Source: Octopus vulgaris (Eukaryota). From it: a stretch of DNA of 64,000 nt. A program made the translations under genes and the position numbers. This document shows, in pieces, positions 55,101-62,477 of the stretch. The DNA lies in the NCBI GenBank assembly GCA_951406725.2, contig OX597830.1, positions 58,032,001-58,096,000 on the forward strand. The letters run 5' to 3'. Below the pieces are notes generated by a model. That model made no database searches and had not been told where the DNA came from. It worked only from the letters and a program-made list of their open reading frames with translations. The stretch's first letter is position 1. Each line of letters opens with the position of its first letter.

Positions 55101-56730
55101 CCTTGTGGTGAAGAGAAGTTACAGAAAGTAGATTTCAAAGGACAACAGATGATCAACTAAGAGGTTTTATTTGCAGTTTGAATCCTGTCCCCTGTGCTGA
55201 GGTGTGCCAAAGATCCAATCTCCTTGGGTCACTTGACTGTAGTCATTCATTACAGAATGCTCTGTGATACACTATTGTAACCAATGTTGGCACTTAAAGA
55301 AGAAACCTGATGAGTGTTTTGATATGCTCATGCGTTTGGTCTTCTCTCTGGCACCTCACACCTGATTCTGAGCTTTTCTCTCAGTTCATTTGTACTGTTA
55401 TTCTGGCAAAATGGCATTACACACCCAGTAGAGCAGCTTGCTTCATTTCCTTTGAGTCTGCTCACACTTCATATGTAATATTCATAGTTTACAACCATGA
55501 AATATAATGATTCCTTACAAACATCATATAATCTGTCTGACAAAACAAAGTTACATGCACTCTAACCCAAGTCTACCTGCTGCAAATTAGTATAACTAAA
55601 TGGAAGGGGAAAAAAACCTACACCCTACAAACATTTGTATAACCAGCATCCAAGCTATTGGCTTTGATAAAAATTCTTTTCAATGTCTATTTTATTTAAA
55701 ACTTTTGTAGTGTGAAACTACACTCCTCTCAGTAAAAAGTGGTAGGGGGCAGCCATTATAAATAGACCAGTAGCTGGTTGTCAAGAGAGGGTCAAGAGTC
55801 AAAGAGTCGCCAGTTCTAGTTGGTGTCTTGTGGAACTATCAGCGATAGTAAAACAGAAGGAGTTAGTGTATTACTATTCCGGTACGATGAGGTACAAAGG
55901 TATCCGATGACTAGTAACTACCGTGGCTACTAGCATAAAACAGCAACTACAGTACAATGGTAGTCACACATCACACAAGTGGGGGGAAACCACTTTACAA
56001 CAAAAACTAAGCAGAATCCCCTCCCCCTTTTTTTAATAAAAGGCCATATATAGACCCCCTACAATATTTCTGGTATCCAAAATAATGAGGGAATTTGACC
56101 TGCTAGACATAGTTGCCAAGATTTTCTCAAATTATATCCAACCATCTTAGATAAAAGGACGCATTAGAGTATGCATTAAAGGGATAGGATGGTCATGGAT
56201 GGAATGGCCTGATTATGAGAATGCTCAATCAGGGTTGACAAAGGGCTACACCATAACATCACTAGTACTTAAAATAAACATTTTAAAGGGAGCAAAACCA
56301 AAACAGATTATAACGAGGTTTTCAGCTAAAAGGGTATGAAGAATGAAAATATGAGGGAGATTTACCCTTCTATAAGGGCTGTAAAAGGACCAATACCTAA
56401 TTTTGGGTTTTAGAACTTTACTCATCATTTTTGATAATTCCTAAATGTACAAAACACTTGCAGAAGTTAGAACTCAGACCTATCAGCTGGAATGCATTTA
56501 GTTTTATCCATCCTACAGATATCCTAACACATTCACCTTTTCAGAAAATATTGATTTCTGATAAATTTCGATAATTGTAATTAAGTCAACTCCATGACTT
56601 GAATAAATATATTAATTATAAAGCAAAGCTGATTCAAGGGAAGACATACATGTGGGAAGAATATTGATGGACATACCTTAAGAGCATGTTTCAGTTCTGC
56701 AGAGCTCCATGTGTCATTCATTAAACGAGA
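972..56730 (-). CDS. DYNC2I1: Cytoplasmic dynein-2 intermediate chain 1 (WDR60), multi-exon gene span; 3' part continues beyond the left edge
   Basis: 22 GT-AG exons join in frame. The translation carries WDR60-type motifs in the expected order: NDTWSSAELK, K/E/R-rich region, YADDFE|DYSDDF, ELRKLIVLD..FEMSPISQYELYISSFG, AFVQT..DRDIQTEE..WTQYP, VMSVLLEE, GVWDLKQPS, ESQISCCCFGP, GSILVWDTRE. Homology is recognised from memory, not by search. Confidence 0.92.
1115..1470 (+). mobile_element. tRNA-derived SINE, family A
   Basis: A box TGGCTGTGTGG, B box GGTTCAGTCCC, internal (TG)n, AAAAGAAT tail. Other copies near 8243, 18440(-), 22718, 29200-29596(-), 36535, 48298 and 61978. Confidence 0.85.
1495..1828 (-). 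mobile_element. tRNA-derived SINE, family B
   Basis: Minus-strand head GGCACATGGCTCAGTGGTTAGAGCG..GAGTTCGAATCC; flanked by (TA)n; related pieces near 29040-29180, 38130-38345 and 46390-46610. Confidence 0.8.
3537..3612 (-). CDS. DYNC2I1: WDR60 exon ILSSESQISCCCFGPSSSKLTFAGC
   Basis: 76 nt, phase 2-0, poly-T plus CAG acceptor, GTAAGT donor. Confidence 0.9.
4982..5058 (-). CDS. DYNC2I1: WDR60 exon AQTKDNINGRNFLGVWDLKQPSKPA
   Basis: 77 nt, phase 0-2, TTCTAG acceptor, GTGAGT donor; WD strand. Confidence 0.88.
5647..5732 (-). CDS. DYNC2I1: WDR60 exon QSVMHCCCSSTNFTDFLMTVHNDIKMYK
   Basis: 86 nt, phase 1-0, GTTTAG acceptor, GTACGT donor. Confidence 0.85.
6010..6460 (+). mobile_element. Degenerate RTE LINE internal fragment
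   Basis: Similar to the post-endonuclease region of the copy at 23004-24960; many stops. Confidence 0.55.
6653..6779 (-). CDS. DYNC2I1: WDR60 exon VMSVLLEEELP...ICPLFG
   Basis: 127 nt, phase 0-1, CTTTAG acceptor, GTAAGT donor. Confidence 0.9.
8452..9140 (+). mobile_element. RTE LINE 3' end (ORF C-terminus, 3' UTR, GAT tail)
   Basis: RRLRWYG...GRGRPKKTWDEVV runs continuously into the CCAACCCATGCCAGCATGGAAAAC(GAT)n tail, linking the abundant tail repeats to this LINE. Confidence 0.88.
9172..9266 (-). CDS. DYNC2I1: WDR60 exon NQLNHSEVG...DSVRLNKFLFHATR
   Basis: 95 nt, phase 1-0, TTGTAG acceptor, GTAATT donor. Confidence 0.88.
9394..9505 (-). CDS. DYNC2I1: WDR60 exon AFVQTGDDSIDRDIQTEETEMVDKWTQYPPSGHDSAG
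   Basis: 112 nt, phase 0-1; VQT and IQT motifs of the dynein light-chain-binding type. Confidence 0.92.
10548..11705 (+). mobile_element. 5'-truncated Penelope-like element with an inverted pLTR
   Basis: GIY-YIG remnant from 10734 (CQGCNEDYIGQTKFTLRNRPTIHRQQI...GHIDIC...FQVFPLY); 10548-10733 is an inverted copy of about 11488-11705. Confidence 0.85.
13236..13448 (-). mobile_element. SINE family C (GCCTTTCATCCTTTC core)
   Basis: tRNA-like head plus conserved core; copies near 2530-2710, 6850-7260, 17930-18125 and 19840-20020. Confidence 0.8.
14606..15800 (+). mobile_element. Full-length mariner (DD34D) transposon, transposase inactivated
   Basis: TIRs TTGGGTTGGCAACTAAGTTCCC / GGGAACTTAGTTGCCAACCCAA, TA on both sides; WVPHAL, HDNARPH and YSPDLAPTD motifs; multiple stop codons. 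Confidence 0.95.
16697..16996 (-). CDS. DYNC2I1: WDR60 exon KTPTPPSP...ELRKLIVLDTDVDQEVFEMSPISQYELYISSFGRANYKQ
   Basis: 300 nt open exon, CTTCTAG acceptor, CAG|GTCTTT donor; contains a conserved WDR60 block. Confidence 0.9.
18254..18298 (-). CDS. DYNC2I1: Probable WDR60 exon DNVRIPSATEKTEVE
   Basis: TTTTGCTCTCTTATTAG acceptor, GAG|GTAAGT donor, 45 nt, phase 0-0; no conserved motif. Confidence 0.6.
20801..20860 (-). CDS. DYNC2I1: WDR60 exon DYSDDFDESLSEPHSKENEN
   Basis: TTTTTACAG acceptor, GTAAAA donor, 60 nt, phase 0-0; completes the DDFE-DYxDDF motif. Confidence 0.8.
21716..22428 (+). mobile_element. RTE-derived insertion: 5' fold-back, 7-unit hairpin array, GAT tail
   Basis: Flanked by a TGTATTAAGTATA direct repeat (about 21703 and 22428); seven 60-62 bp units start at 21851; standard RTE tail. 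Confidence 0.85.
22576..22674 (-). CDS. DYNC2I1: WDR60 exon IKEASEANV...YDYADDFE
   Basis: Poly-T plus AAG acceptor, GTAAGA donor, 99 nt, phase 0-0; YxDDFE motif. Confidence 0.85.
22718..23003 (+). mobile_element. tRNA-derived SINE, family A, 3'-truncated against an RTE fragment
   Basis: Near-identical head to the copy at 1115. Confidence 0.85.
23004..24960 (-). mobile_element. RTE-clade LINE 5' half (5' UTR and APE endonuclease), degenerate
   Basis: TLNVGTLKGR..QE, VVGDFNGHVG, QIDYIL and QHGLVVSD motifs; frameshifts and stops; 5' boundary approximate. Confidence 0.88.
26328..26508. repeat. Exact 89 bp tandem duplication
   Basis: GTAAAAGCTTTGGAATAC...GTATGAAG repeated with period 89. Confidence 0.9.
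28233..28731 (+). mobile_element. RTE 3' UTR insertion with five 66-67 bp hairpin units
   Basis: Units start at 28258, 28325, 28392, 28459 and 28525; long flanking direct repeat GGAAATACCTAC..TAAGTTTAA. Confidence 0.85.
29597..30030 (-). mobile_element. RTE 3' UTR / tail fragment
   Basis: Reverse complement of the tail family. Further copies near 3100-3330, 5895-6005, 9930-10255, 12585-12960, 14370-14600, 27315-27560, 35985-36135, 39090-39280 and 41460-41580. Confidence 0.8.
31543..31848 (-). CDS. ACYP: Acylphosphatase, intronless, nested in a WDR60 intron
   Basis: 101 aa intact ORF with VFGIVQGVFFR (catalytic Arg loop), GWVLN (catalytic Asn), GTVKG and GSPSSRID; CAAC-ATG start context; AATAAA at 31404-31409 on the minus strand. 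Confidence 0.93.
   Translation of the reverse strand: MTERLTNLVSVDFEVFGIVQGVFFRKHTYEKAISLNLAGWVLNTYQGTVKGNLQGSEANVEKMKIWLCEVGSPSSRIDKCTFSNRQNIPCLEHKGFRIIKE
31849..31960 (-). promoter_or_regulatory. Likely ACYP 5' UTR / promoter
   Basis: Local CpG retention in otherwise CpG-poor DNA; E2F-like GGCGCGGGAA at 31921-31930. Confidence 0.4.
33294..33460. mobile_element. hAT-type MITE
   Basis: Imperfect TIR CAGGGCTGGC / GCTGGCCCTG; 8 bp TSD AATATAGC / AACATAGC with one mismatch. Confidence 0.7.
34170..35022 (+). mobile_element. Internally deleted Tc1/mariner DD37D (maT-type) remnant
   Basis: MVFGVLASDG..., QQDSAPCH-...-DCNPLDY with 37 residues between the last two Asp; ends are degenerate and approximate. 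Confidence 0.8.
36348..36500 (-). CDS. DYNC2I1: WDR60 exon LRHHEKTVKY...KQEFPENT
   Basis: Long polypyrimidine tract plus CAG, GTAAGA donor, 153 nt, phase 0-0; lies inside ORF 36162..36599. Confidence 0.8.
37712..37765 (-). CDS. DYNC2I1: WDR60 exon GNERKPKEERRKENSEAS
   Basis: ATTGCAG acceptor, GTGAGT donor, 54 nt, phase 0-0. Confidence 0.78.
39641..39703 (-). CDS. DYNC2I1: WDR60 exon AETSRKREKKDSKSKHYRYEE
   Basis: TCTTCAG acceptor, GTAAGT donor, 63 nt, phase 0-0. Confidence 0.78.
41630..41686 (-). CDS. DYNC2I1: WDR60 exon RETEKKHRKQKESVKKNEE
   Basis: ATTTCAG acceptor, GTAAAT donor, 57 nt, phase 0-0. Confidence 0.75.
41790..42470 (+). mobile_element. Old LINE endonuclease remnant
   Basis: LLLAGDFNVKVG...ENG motif, heavily disrupted. 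Confidence 0.5.
42505..42750. repeat. 20 bp minisatellite ATATTACATAATACATGTGT in two blocks
   Basis: Blocks at about 42505-42560 and 42680-42750. Confidence 0.8.
43616..43672 (-). CDS. DYNC2I1: WDR60 exon ESRKQKHEKKSKSHDIIES
   Basis: TTGGCAG acceptor, GTAAGT donor, 57 nt, phase 0-0. Confidence 0.75.
44724..44774 (-). CDS. DYNC2I1: WDR60 exon DDDVRLLHQEESSSYAK
   Basis: TAATAG acceptor, GTAATC donor, 51 nt, phase 0-0. Confidence 0.65.
46670..46880 (-). mobile_element. Penelope-like pLTR fragment with a decayed hammerhead fold
   Basis: Minus strand reads ACAC-CCAATGA-AGGCTG-loop-CAGCC-AAAAT-GTT-GTGT, next to an (AAT)n tract. Confidence 0.5.
46991..47071 (-). CDS. DYNC2I1: WDR60 exon EEEEKLRLKQERQAKKEAKKLKSYNYK
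   Basis: CACTCAG acceptor, GTAAGT donor, 81 nt, phase 0-0. Confidence 0.8.
48131..48223 (-). CDS. DYNC2I1: WDR60 exon TEKKERMETMIQREKEKEKDFAAKKRELLRE
   Basis: CTTTTAG acceptor, GTAAGA donor, 93 nt, phase 0-0; charged, coiled-coil-like. Confidence 0.8.
49052..49495 (+). mobile_element. Tandem pair of SINE family C
   Basis: Two direct copies of about 210 bp, each starting AGGTGGCAA.CTGGCAGAA. Confidence 0.8.
49902..49988 (-). CDS. DYNC2I1: WDR60 exon EVDSKRKSHPEKSKSGQLSAKKSTHYIDE
   Basis: AATTCAG acceptor, GTGAAG donor, 87 nt, phase 0-0. Confidence 0.75.
52684..53589 (-). mobile_element. Two head-to-tail non-autonomous Helitrons
   Basis: Each copy has 5'-TC, 3'-CTAG and a subterminal hairpin CCCGAGCAACGCCGGG; copies at 52684-53078 and 53079-53589. 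Confidence 0.8.
53594..54165 (-). mobile_element. Third non-autonomous Helitron-like element (different subfamily)
   Basis: CTAG terminus at 53594 with a GC-rich subterminal hairpin and a TC-start candidate at 54165. Confidence 0.5.
54648..54710 (-). CDS. DYNC2I1: WDR60 exon DDVKRSNREGSASRGKRHNDK
   Basis: TTGTCAG acceptor, GTAAAT donor, 63 nt, phase 0-0. Confidence 0.75.
55706..55951 (+). mobile_element. Possible solo LTR
   Basis: TGTAG...CTACA inverted termini and an internal TATAAATA; no TSD seen. Confidence 0.3.
56677..56730 (-). CDS. DYNC2I1: WDR60 exon SRLMNDTWSSAELKHALK
   Basis: TTTTTCAG acceptor, GTATGT donor, 54 nt, phase 0-0; conserved N-terminal DTW motif. Confidence 0.85.
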
Positions 56731-56871
56731 CTGAAAAATAAATGTTGATGTTCATTTTGGTAGTTAATGTAGAGATGAATTAGTTTTTGTCACTTAGGTA
56801 TGCTTATTGTTTTGTATATTATAGAATGTTCTTCAAATTATGGTTTTTACCTCTTTCTCCCTCTATATACA

Positions 56872-56923
<52 letters not shown>

Positions 56924-57664
56924 ATGATCAACCAGGCTATCAGATGCTGTTATACATTGGTCACAATGAACTTTACATCATTTTAGCTTTCAAATGAAGA
57001 CACCCACTACTACTACTACTACTACTATTATGACGAAGTGGCCATCAAAAGGAACCAACAAGCAGCACCATGTATAAGTTAAAGCATGTGAACTTCCAGA
57101 ACTGCTATCATGAAAGACTCAATTTATTTTCCCTTCCCTTATAGTATGACTAGATCATCTTAAAAACAATTGAAACCAGTAGCATATTTTGATTAAAATG
57201 TCATTTTCTTTCTTTTGTTCATGATAAAGTTCTTGGAGTATTTCTTTTGGGTTTTTTTATTGTATACAAAGCAGAAATATCACCTTTTGAGCAGTTTTCT
57301 GCTTGTTGCTAATGAATATTTACATGTTTGATTCCCAGTTTATACAATTTTTCCAATAGATTATGTCTAATTTTTCTTTATTCATCTAATAACACTCACT
57401 TGCTTATAAATTACATTCAGAATAATAACATTGGAATTTGAGGAAATCACGTATTATGTTGACTTACTTAGCCATGTAAAATTCCATTTTTTGTATATAT
57501 ACATAGTTGATGATTTAACTTTATATGGCAGTGAACAGGAATACACACCTAGTTTGTACTGGGGAGGGAGAATCACTGAAAAACTTACTATAGGTTCTAA
57601 CACATGTCACTGTATAACTTAGTTACTCTGCATTCCTTTCCCGTCAATACATATATTTGTAAAT

Positions 57665-58170
57665 TTGGGCCTCACGGAAGTGAGTTCTTTTCAAGCATTG
57701 GAACTCACGGAGGCGAGTTCCTTTTGAGCATTGGACTTCAAGGAGGCAAGTTCTTTCGAGCACTGGACCTCACGGAGGCGAGTTCTTTTCGAGCACTGGA
57801 CCTCACGGAGGCGAGTTCCTTTTGAGCATTGGACTTCAAGGAGGCAAGTTCTTTCGAGCACTGGACCTCATGGAGGCGAGTCCCTTTCGAGCATCCATGG
57901 AGGCGAGTTCCTTTCGAGCACTGGACCTCAAGTTCCTTTCAAACATTGCACCTCACGGACACGAGTTCCTTTCAAGCATTGCACCTCACGGAGGTAAGTT
58001 CCTTTTGAGCATTGCAACTCACGGAGGCGAGTTCCCTTTGAGCATTGGACCTCACAGAGGCGAGTTCCCTTTGAGCGTTGGACCTCACAGAGGCAAGTTC
58101 CTTTCAAGCATTGGACCTCACGGAGGCGAGTTCTTTTTGAGCGTTTCAAGTATTGGGCCTCACAGAGGCA
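57665..58170 (+). repeat. 33 bp minisatellite (about 15 units) derived from the RTE ORF end
   Basis: Unit GAGCATTGGACCTCACGGAGGCGAGTTCCTTTC; runs directly into RTE 3' UTR sequence to about 58447. Confidence 0.88.
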
Positions 58171-59646
58171 ATGACCAAGACCTTTGGCATTATGTCATGC
58201 TTGAGAAGAAGAGCCATCAAGCCAAGCAAAACTGCAGTCGTGGCAGATACCAGTGTCACGCAAATGGCACCCATGCCAGTGGCACATAAAGCACCCATTA
58301 CACTCTCGGAGTGGTGGGCATTAGGAAGGGCATCCAGCCATAGAAAACCATGCCAAATCAGACTGGAGCCTGGCGCAGCCTTCCAGATTGCCATTCCTGG
58401 TCACACCATCCAACCCATGGACAATGGATGCTAAATAATGATGATGATTTTAGTATTAATAACCAAAATAAACACACATTAACAAATGTACAGAGGTGGG
58501 AAATATTTTTCATTATTTCCATTCATCCTTTGAACAGTAATCTCAGCAACAATGCCTAACATTGCCTGAAAGGATAGTGGAAGCAACATAATTTGGCTGG
58601 TGCTGGATTAAACTTATAATTTGGAGAAATGTTTTGACTGAAGTGTTTTGTAGAGAGTAAGCATCATGGAGTAAAAAACAGAAGGCAAAAAGGGAATCCT
58701 ATGAAGCAGTGTTAAAAAAGACACTATCTCAGTAGACCTTGATCCAAGGTGTTCCATGTTTTAAAGCTTAATATTTCAAGAAGTATATCACCCTATGTCT
58801 CCTCCTTTATAAGATATGATTTGAGGGAGATTTAACTGCTGTTTCTAGCAGATTGAGCAGCTGCATGGAGGCTCCCATGAAAAATTTCATGCTGTAAACA
58901 TTACTGAAATGAATAGAGATCCGACACTACTCATCCAGTATTGTTATCATTACAGATTAAACATTGTTTAAAATAACAGCAGTCAGTATAAGAAATTAGA
59001 AATAGACTTAACCAATGTTGGATTAGCAATATTACCTACAAGAAAGGTCGACAGCTTGTTAATTGATGAAATGACCAGTATATCAAAAACCTAGTTGGTG
59101 TATAAAGAAATGTCTTTGAAGTGAGGTAGTTGTTAGGGTCAGTTTTTACTCAAGTCAGCTTTGACCCTAGAGGTGGTCCAGTCAGGATCAACTCAGTATT
59201 TTATATATCCAAGACTACATTGTCCAAAGAGTGATTTGAGGGAGATTTAGCAGTTTTTTCAAGCAGATTATTGGCTCAGATATAATGAGGTAATGCAACT
59301 AGATGCCATAAAATAGGATAGTGTTCTATGAATACATGATGGAAGTTGTTTACAGTAAAAAGAGATGAAGGAAAACTTGAAGTATTTAAATCTACACAAG
59401 AGTCTGGGTCACCTTAAGGAATGGGAGCACTGGGGAGTTGCTTGAGGGTCTCATGGGTCCCAATTCTGATCTTTGTATGCTGTGGTTTGCTGTTAATAAA
59501 TATATGCTATAGGACCAAGTGCATTGATTTATTTGAGGACCTATGGTGCTGCTAAAGCAGCCCTGTACAGAGTTGTGGCTTTCACTGAGGTATTTGGAAA
59601 GATATTTGATTGGATTCGACAAGTTACACATAGCTGAGTTAGCCTT

Positions 59647-60285
59647 TTGACAAACTATCGGCTATCTATCTGAGGCTTTATATAGCTATGGTGCAGCCTC
59701 ACCTGGAATTTGCATCACCGGTCTGGAACCCCTATCTTGCCCAGGATATTAATCGTCTGGAAACCATTCAGCAACGTTCAACCAAGAGAATACCCTCCAT
59801 CAGGCATTTGCCATATTCTGGATGCCTTACTTCCCTGGACATGGATACATTGAAACTCTGACGTCTGGCAGCTGGCTTGGCAGACACCCATAAAATTATT
59901 AACCATCTTACTAACAATAACTCTGAGCACCTTTTCAAACTCAACCTGTCTAACACCCATGGACATGTTTACAAAGTCAGAAAACAGCACAGCTCCCAGG
60001 ACTTTCGGAAACATTTTTTCACGCTGAGAGTTGCTGAAGCATGGAACAAAGTGCCGGCTTCAGTTGTTAGTTGTCGGAGCACTGCATCCTTCAAAACTTC
60101 CATGCTTCCTGAGATTCGCCAACACTACACTTGATTTTCTCCCCTCCATACACACACAAGCATATATCTGACTCATACATTGTTCGCTTTCCAGACATTT
60201 GTACATTACTGCATATACTCTGACAAGTTGTGGTGCACCTGAGCACTGTATACAATAATTTCATTATTATTATTATTATTATTAT
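59647..60285 (+). mobile_element. CR1/L2-group LINE 3' fragment with (ATT)n tail
   Basis: VQPHLEFASPVWNPYLAQDINRLETIQQRSTK and FFTLRVAEAWNKVP; a smaller related piece lies at about 50580-50715. Confidence 0.85.
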
Positions 60286-60516
60286 ATGAAAGCAAACGAC
60301 CAAACGGTCCCAAGGGATTATAGGATTTATCAAATTCAGTAATGTTTTTGTCTCTTATTCTATTAAATAGTGAAGTCAATACTGACAAAACAGGATCTTC
60401 AGAATAAGTTTGAACGAGGTGTTTTTCTTTTATGGCACACAATTTTACTTATCTTGATGAAATTCATCAACTGCCTTTGGTGGATGGGACAGACTTTGGA
60501 TTCTACAACACCCCAC

Positions 60517-60534
60517 CTTCCCTGCGGGAAACAT
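60517..60534 (-). CDS. DYNC2I1: Candidate first coding exon of WDR60 (MFPAGK)
   Basis: ATG TTT CCC GCA GGG AAG|GTGGGG, phase 0, joins SRLMNDTW in frame and resembles the vertebrate N-terminus MEPGK-RRTKDDTW. The donor is weak. Confidence 0.35.
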
Positions 60535-62477
60535 AAAGGCTTACATCTATAAAGTCAATAATTTAGAGCAGTGTCAATGAATTTCCATTCATAACCTGCA
60601 TTAATTAATACTATAGAAAATATATACTTGGTAACGTATTATGGTTGCTAAACGAAATATGGTGCCCCTACCAACAATTAAGCTATAGAAAGCGGATGTA
60701 GAGATACAAAATTTCATATTTCATTATCGTTTCATAAAATATGATTTGATATATACTATATATTAGAAATAAACATTTATGGATAACTTTTGCCATCAAA
60801 TTATCAAACTTTTGCCGTAATTTGATGGCAAAAGTTTGATATGTAACAACAATGAAAACTTTGTCAAAAATAAGATATATAAAAGAAAAACAGTAAAGTA
60901 AAATATTTCCATTAAAGTTTACATTATTTTTGTTCTTCGTAAACAATTTGAATTGCCAAATAATTAAGTAAACGAAACTAAATTCATAATACTTAATTTT
61001 GAATTAATATACGTAAATATACAAATATATATTCGCATTGCATCGTGTTTAGTGGACACTGAATATTGCTAAGAGTTTAGATATATATGAAATAATTTCT
61101 TTATTAATGCCTATCAGAAATTCAGAGTAGGTGCGTTCAGCATAGAAAAGCATTCGTAAAAGACATTATAAAGAACTTCTAAACTTGGTGAAGTGAACTG
61201 ACCATGCGTACTGGATTGTTTTTGGTTTTTCTCCCTTAACAACGAAATGCGAATTAACTGTTCAAAGTGTATTGAAATATAAGCAAATACACATAATATT
61301 GAATAATAATGATTTTGTTAAATAATTCAATAAAAGTACCTTTCGAGAAGTCATTGTATCCCGTTGAATTGATCGTAGTTACAGAAAAGACATTTCCAGT
61401 TGCTAATGTAAACTATTCTGCCATCTTGGATGTAAACAAAGCAACAGTTTATAACAACAATAATACTGTGATAAATGCAGATAATAACCGGTAGCCAAGT
61501 CGGACAAGTTATTTCTAAACAAATACATTTTTAGGATAATCGTTCTAATAAATTGGACATAATCAAATAAACTAGATTCGATCAAGTTTCGAGAATAAGA
61601 TTAAAAAAAGAAAATTACAGTAACTAGTCTGAGAGTTAACTCCCTTGTTTACTTAACGACTTCATCATCTAATTAATTGCGTCAGTGGCGAAACAGCTGA
61701 GAACAGTTTTGACGATATATTTGAAGTTCCTTAAATCAAATTTCTGTATTGAAATCGAGTCGGGAACCCTGCATTTCTAAAATCTATAAAGTGCTAGTTC
61801 TACACTGGAATTCATCTTATAAAATTGGTCATGAGACTAGGACAATTACTCATCGTTTAAAATGATTTCGTGTGTGCGCGCACGCAGTTCATAGGAATTA
61901 TTTTCTCTACACAATTAAATATTATAGGTCTTGCAAAAAGAAAATTGCATCAATTTTTTTTTTTTTTTGAAAAATGGACGCAGGCACGGCTTTATGGTTA
62001 AAGAAGCTCGCCCTGCAACCATGTGGTTTCGAGTTCAGACTCATTGCGCGGCATCTTAGGTATAGCCCTAGATCGACCAATGCTTTGCGAGTAAATTTAG
62101 TAGCTGGAAACTGTGAGGAAGCCCCTCGTATATGTGTACTTGTATTCATTCCACCACAACTTCGCAAGCAATGTTGGTTTGTTTACGTCCTGGAAGCTTA
62201 ATGGTTAAGGAAAAAATACCAACAGAATAAGTACCAGGCTTGAAAAAGTAAGTACTAGGGGCGATTTGTTCGACTAAACCCTTCAAGACGGTGCCGCCCC
62301 AGCATGGCCGCAGTCCAATGTCTGAAACAAGTAAAAGAAAACAAGTCGCAACAGTTCGAAGTGGTATGATGTTTATTATGGTGGGCGAATATGCGATGGA
62401 TCGAATCACAGCACCAGTGCTACAGTTCTACTGACAGAAATCTAGTCCATATATATATATATATATATATATATTAG

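Noticed and set aside
56397-56440. Extra WDR60 exon ELSKMMSKVLKPKI
   Set aside because: 44 nt ending in phase 2, which breaks the frame between two phase-0 neighbours; no compensating exon found.
57822-58289. 155 aa repetitive ORF
   Set aside because: Translation of the 33 bp minisatellite and RTE 3' UTR; no evidence of a gene.
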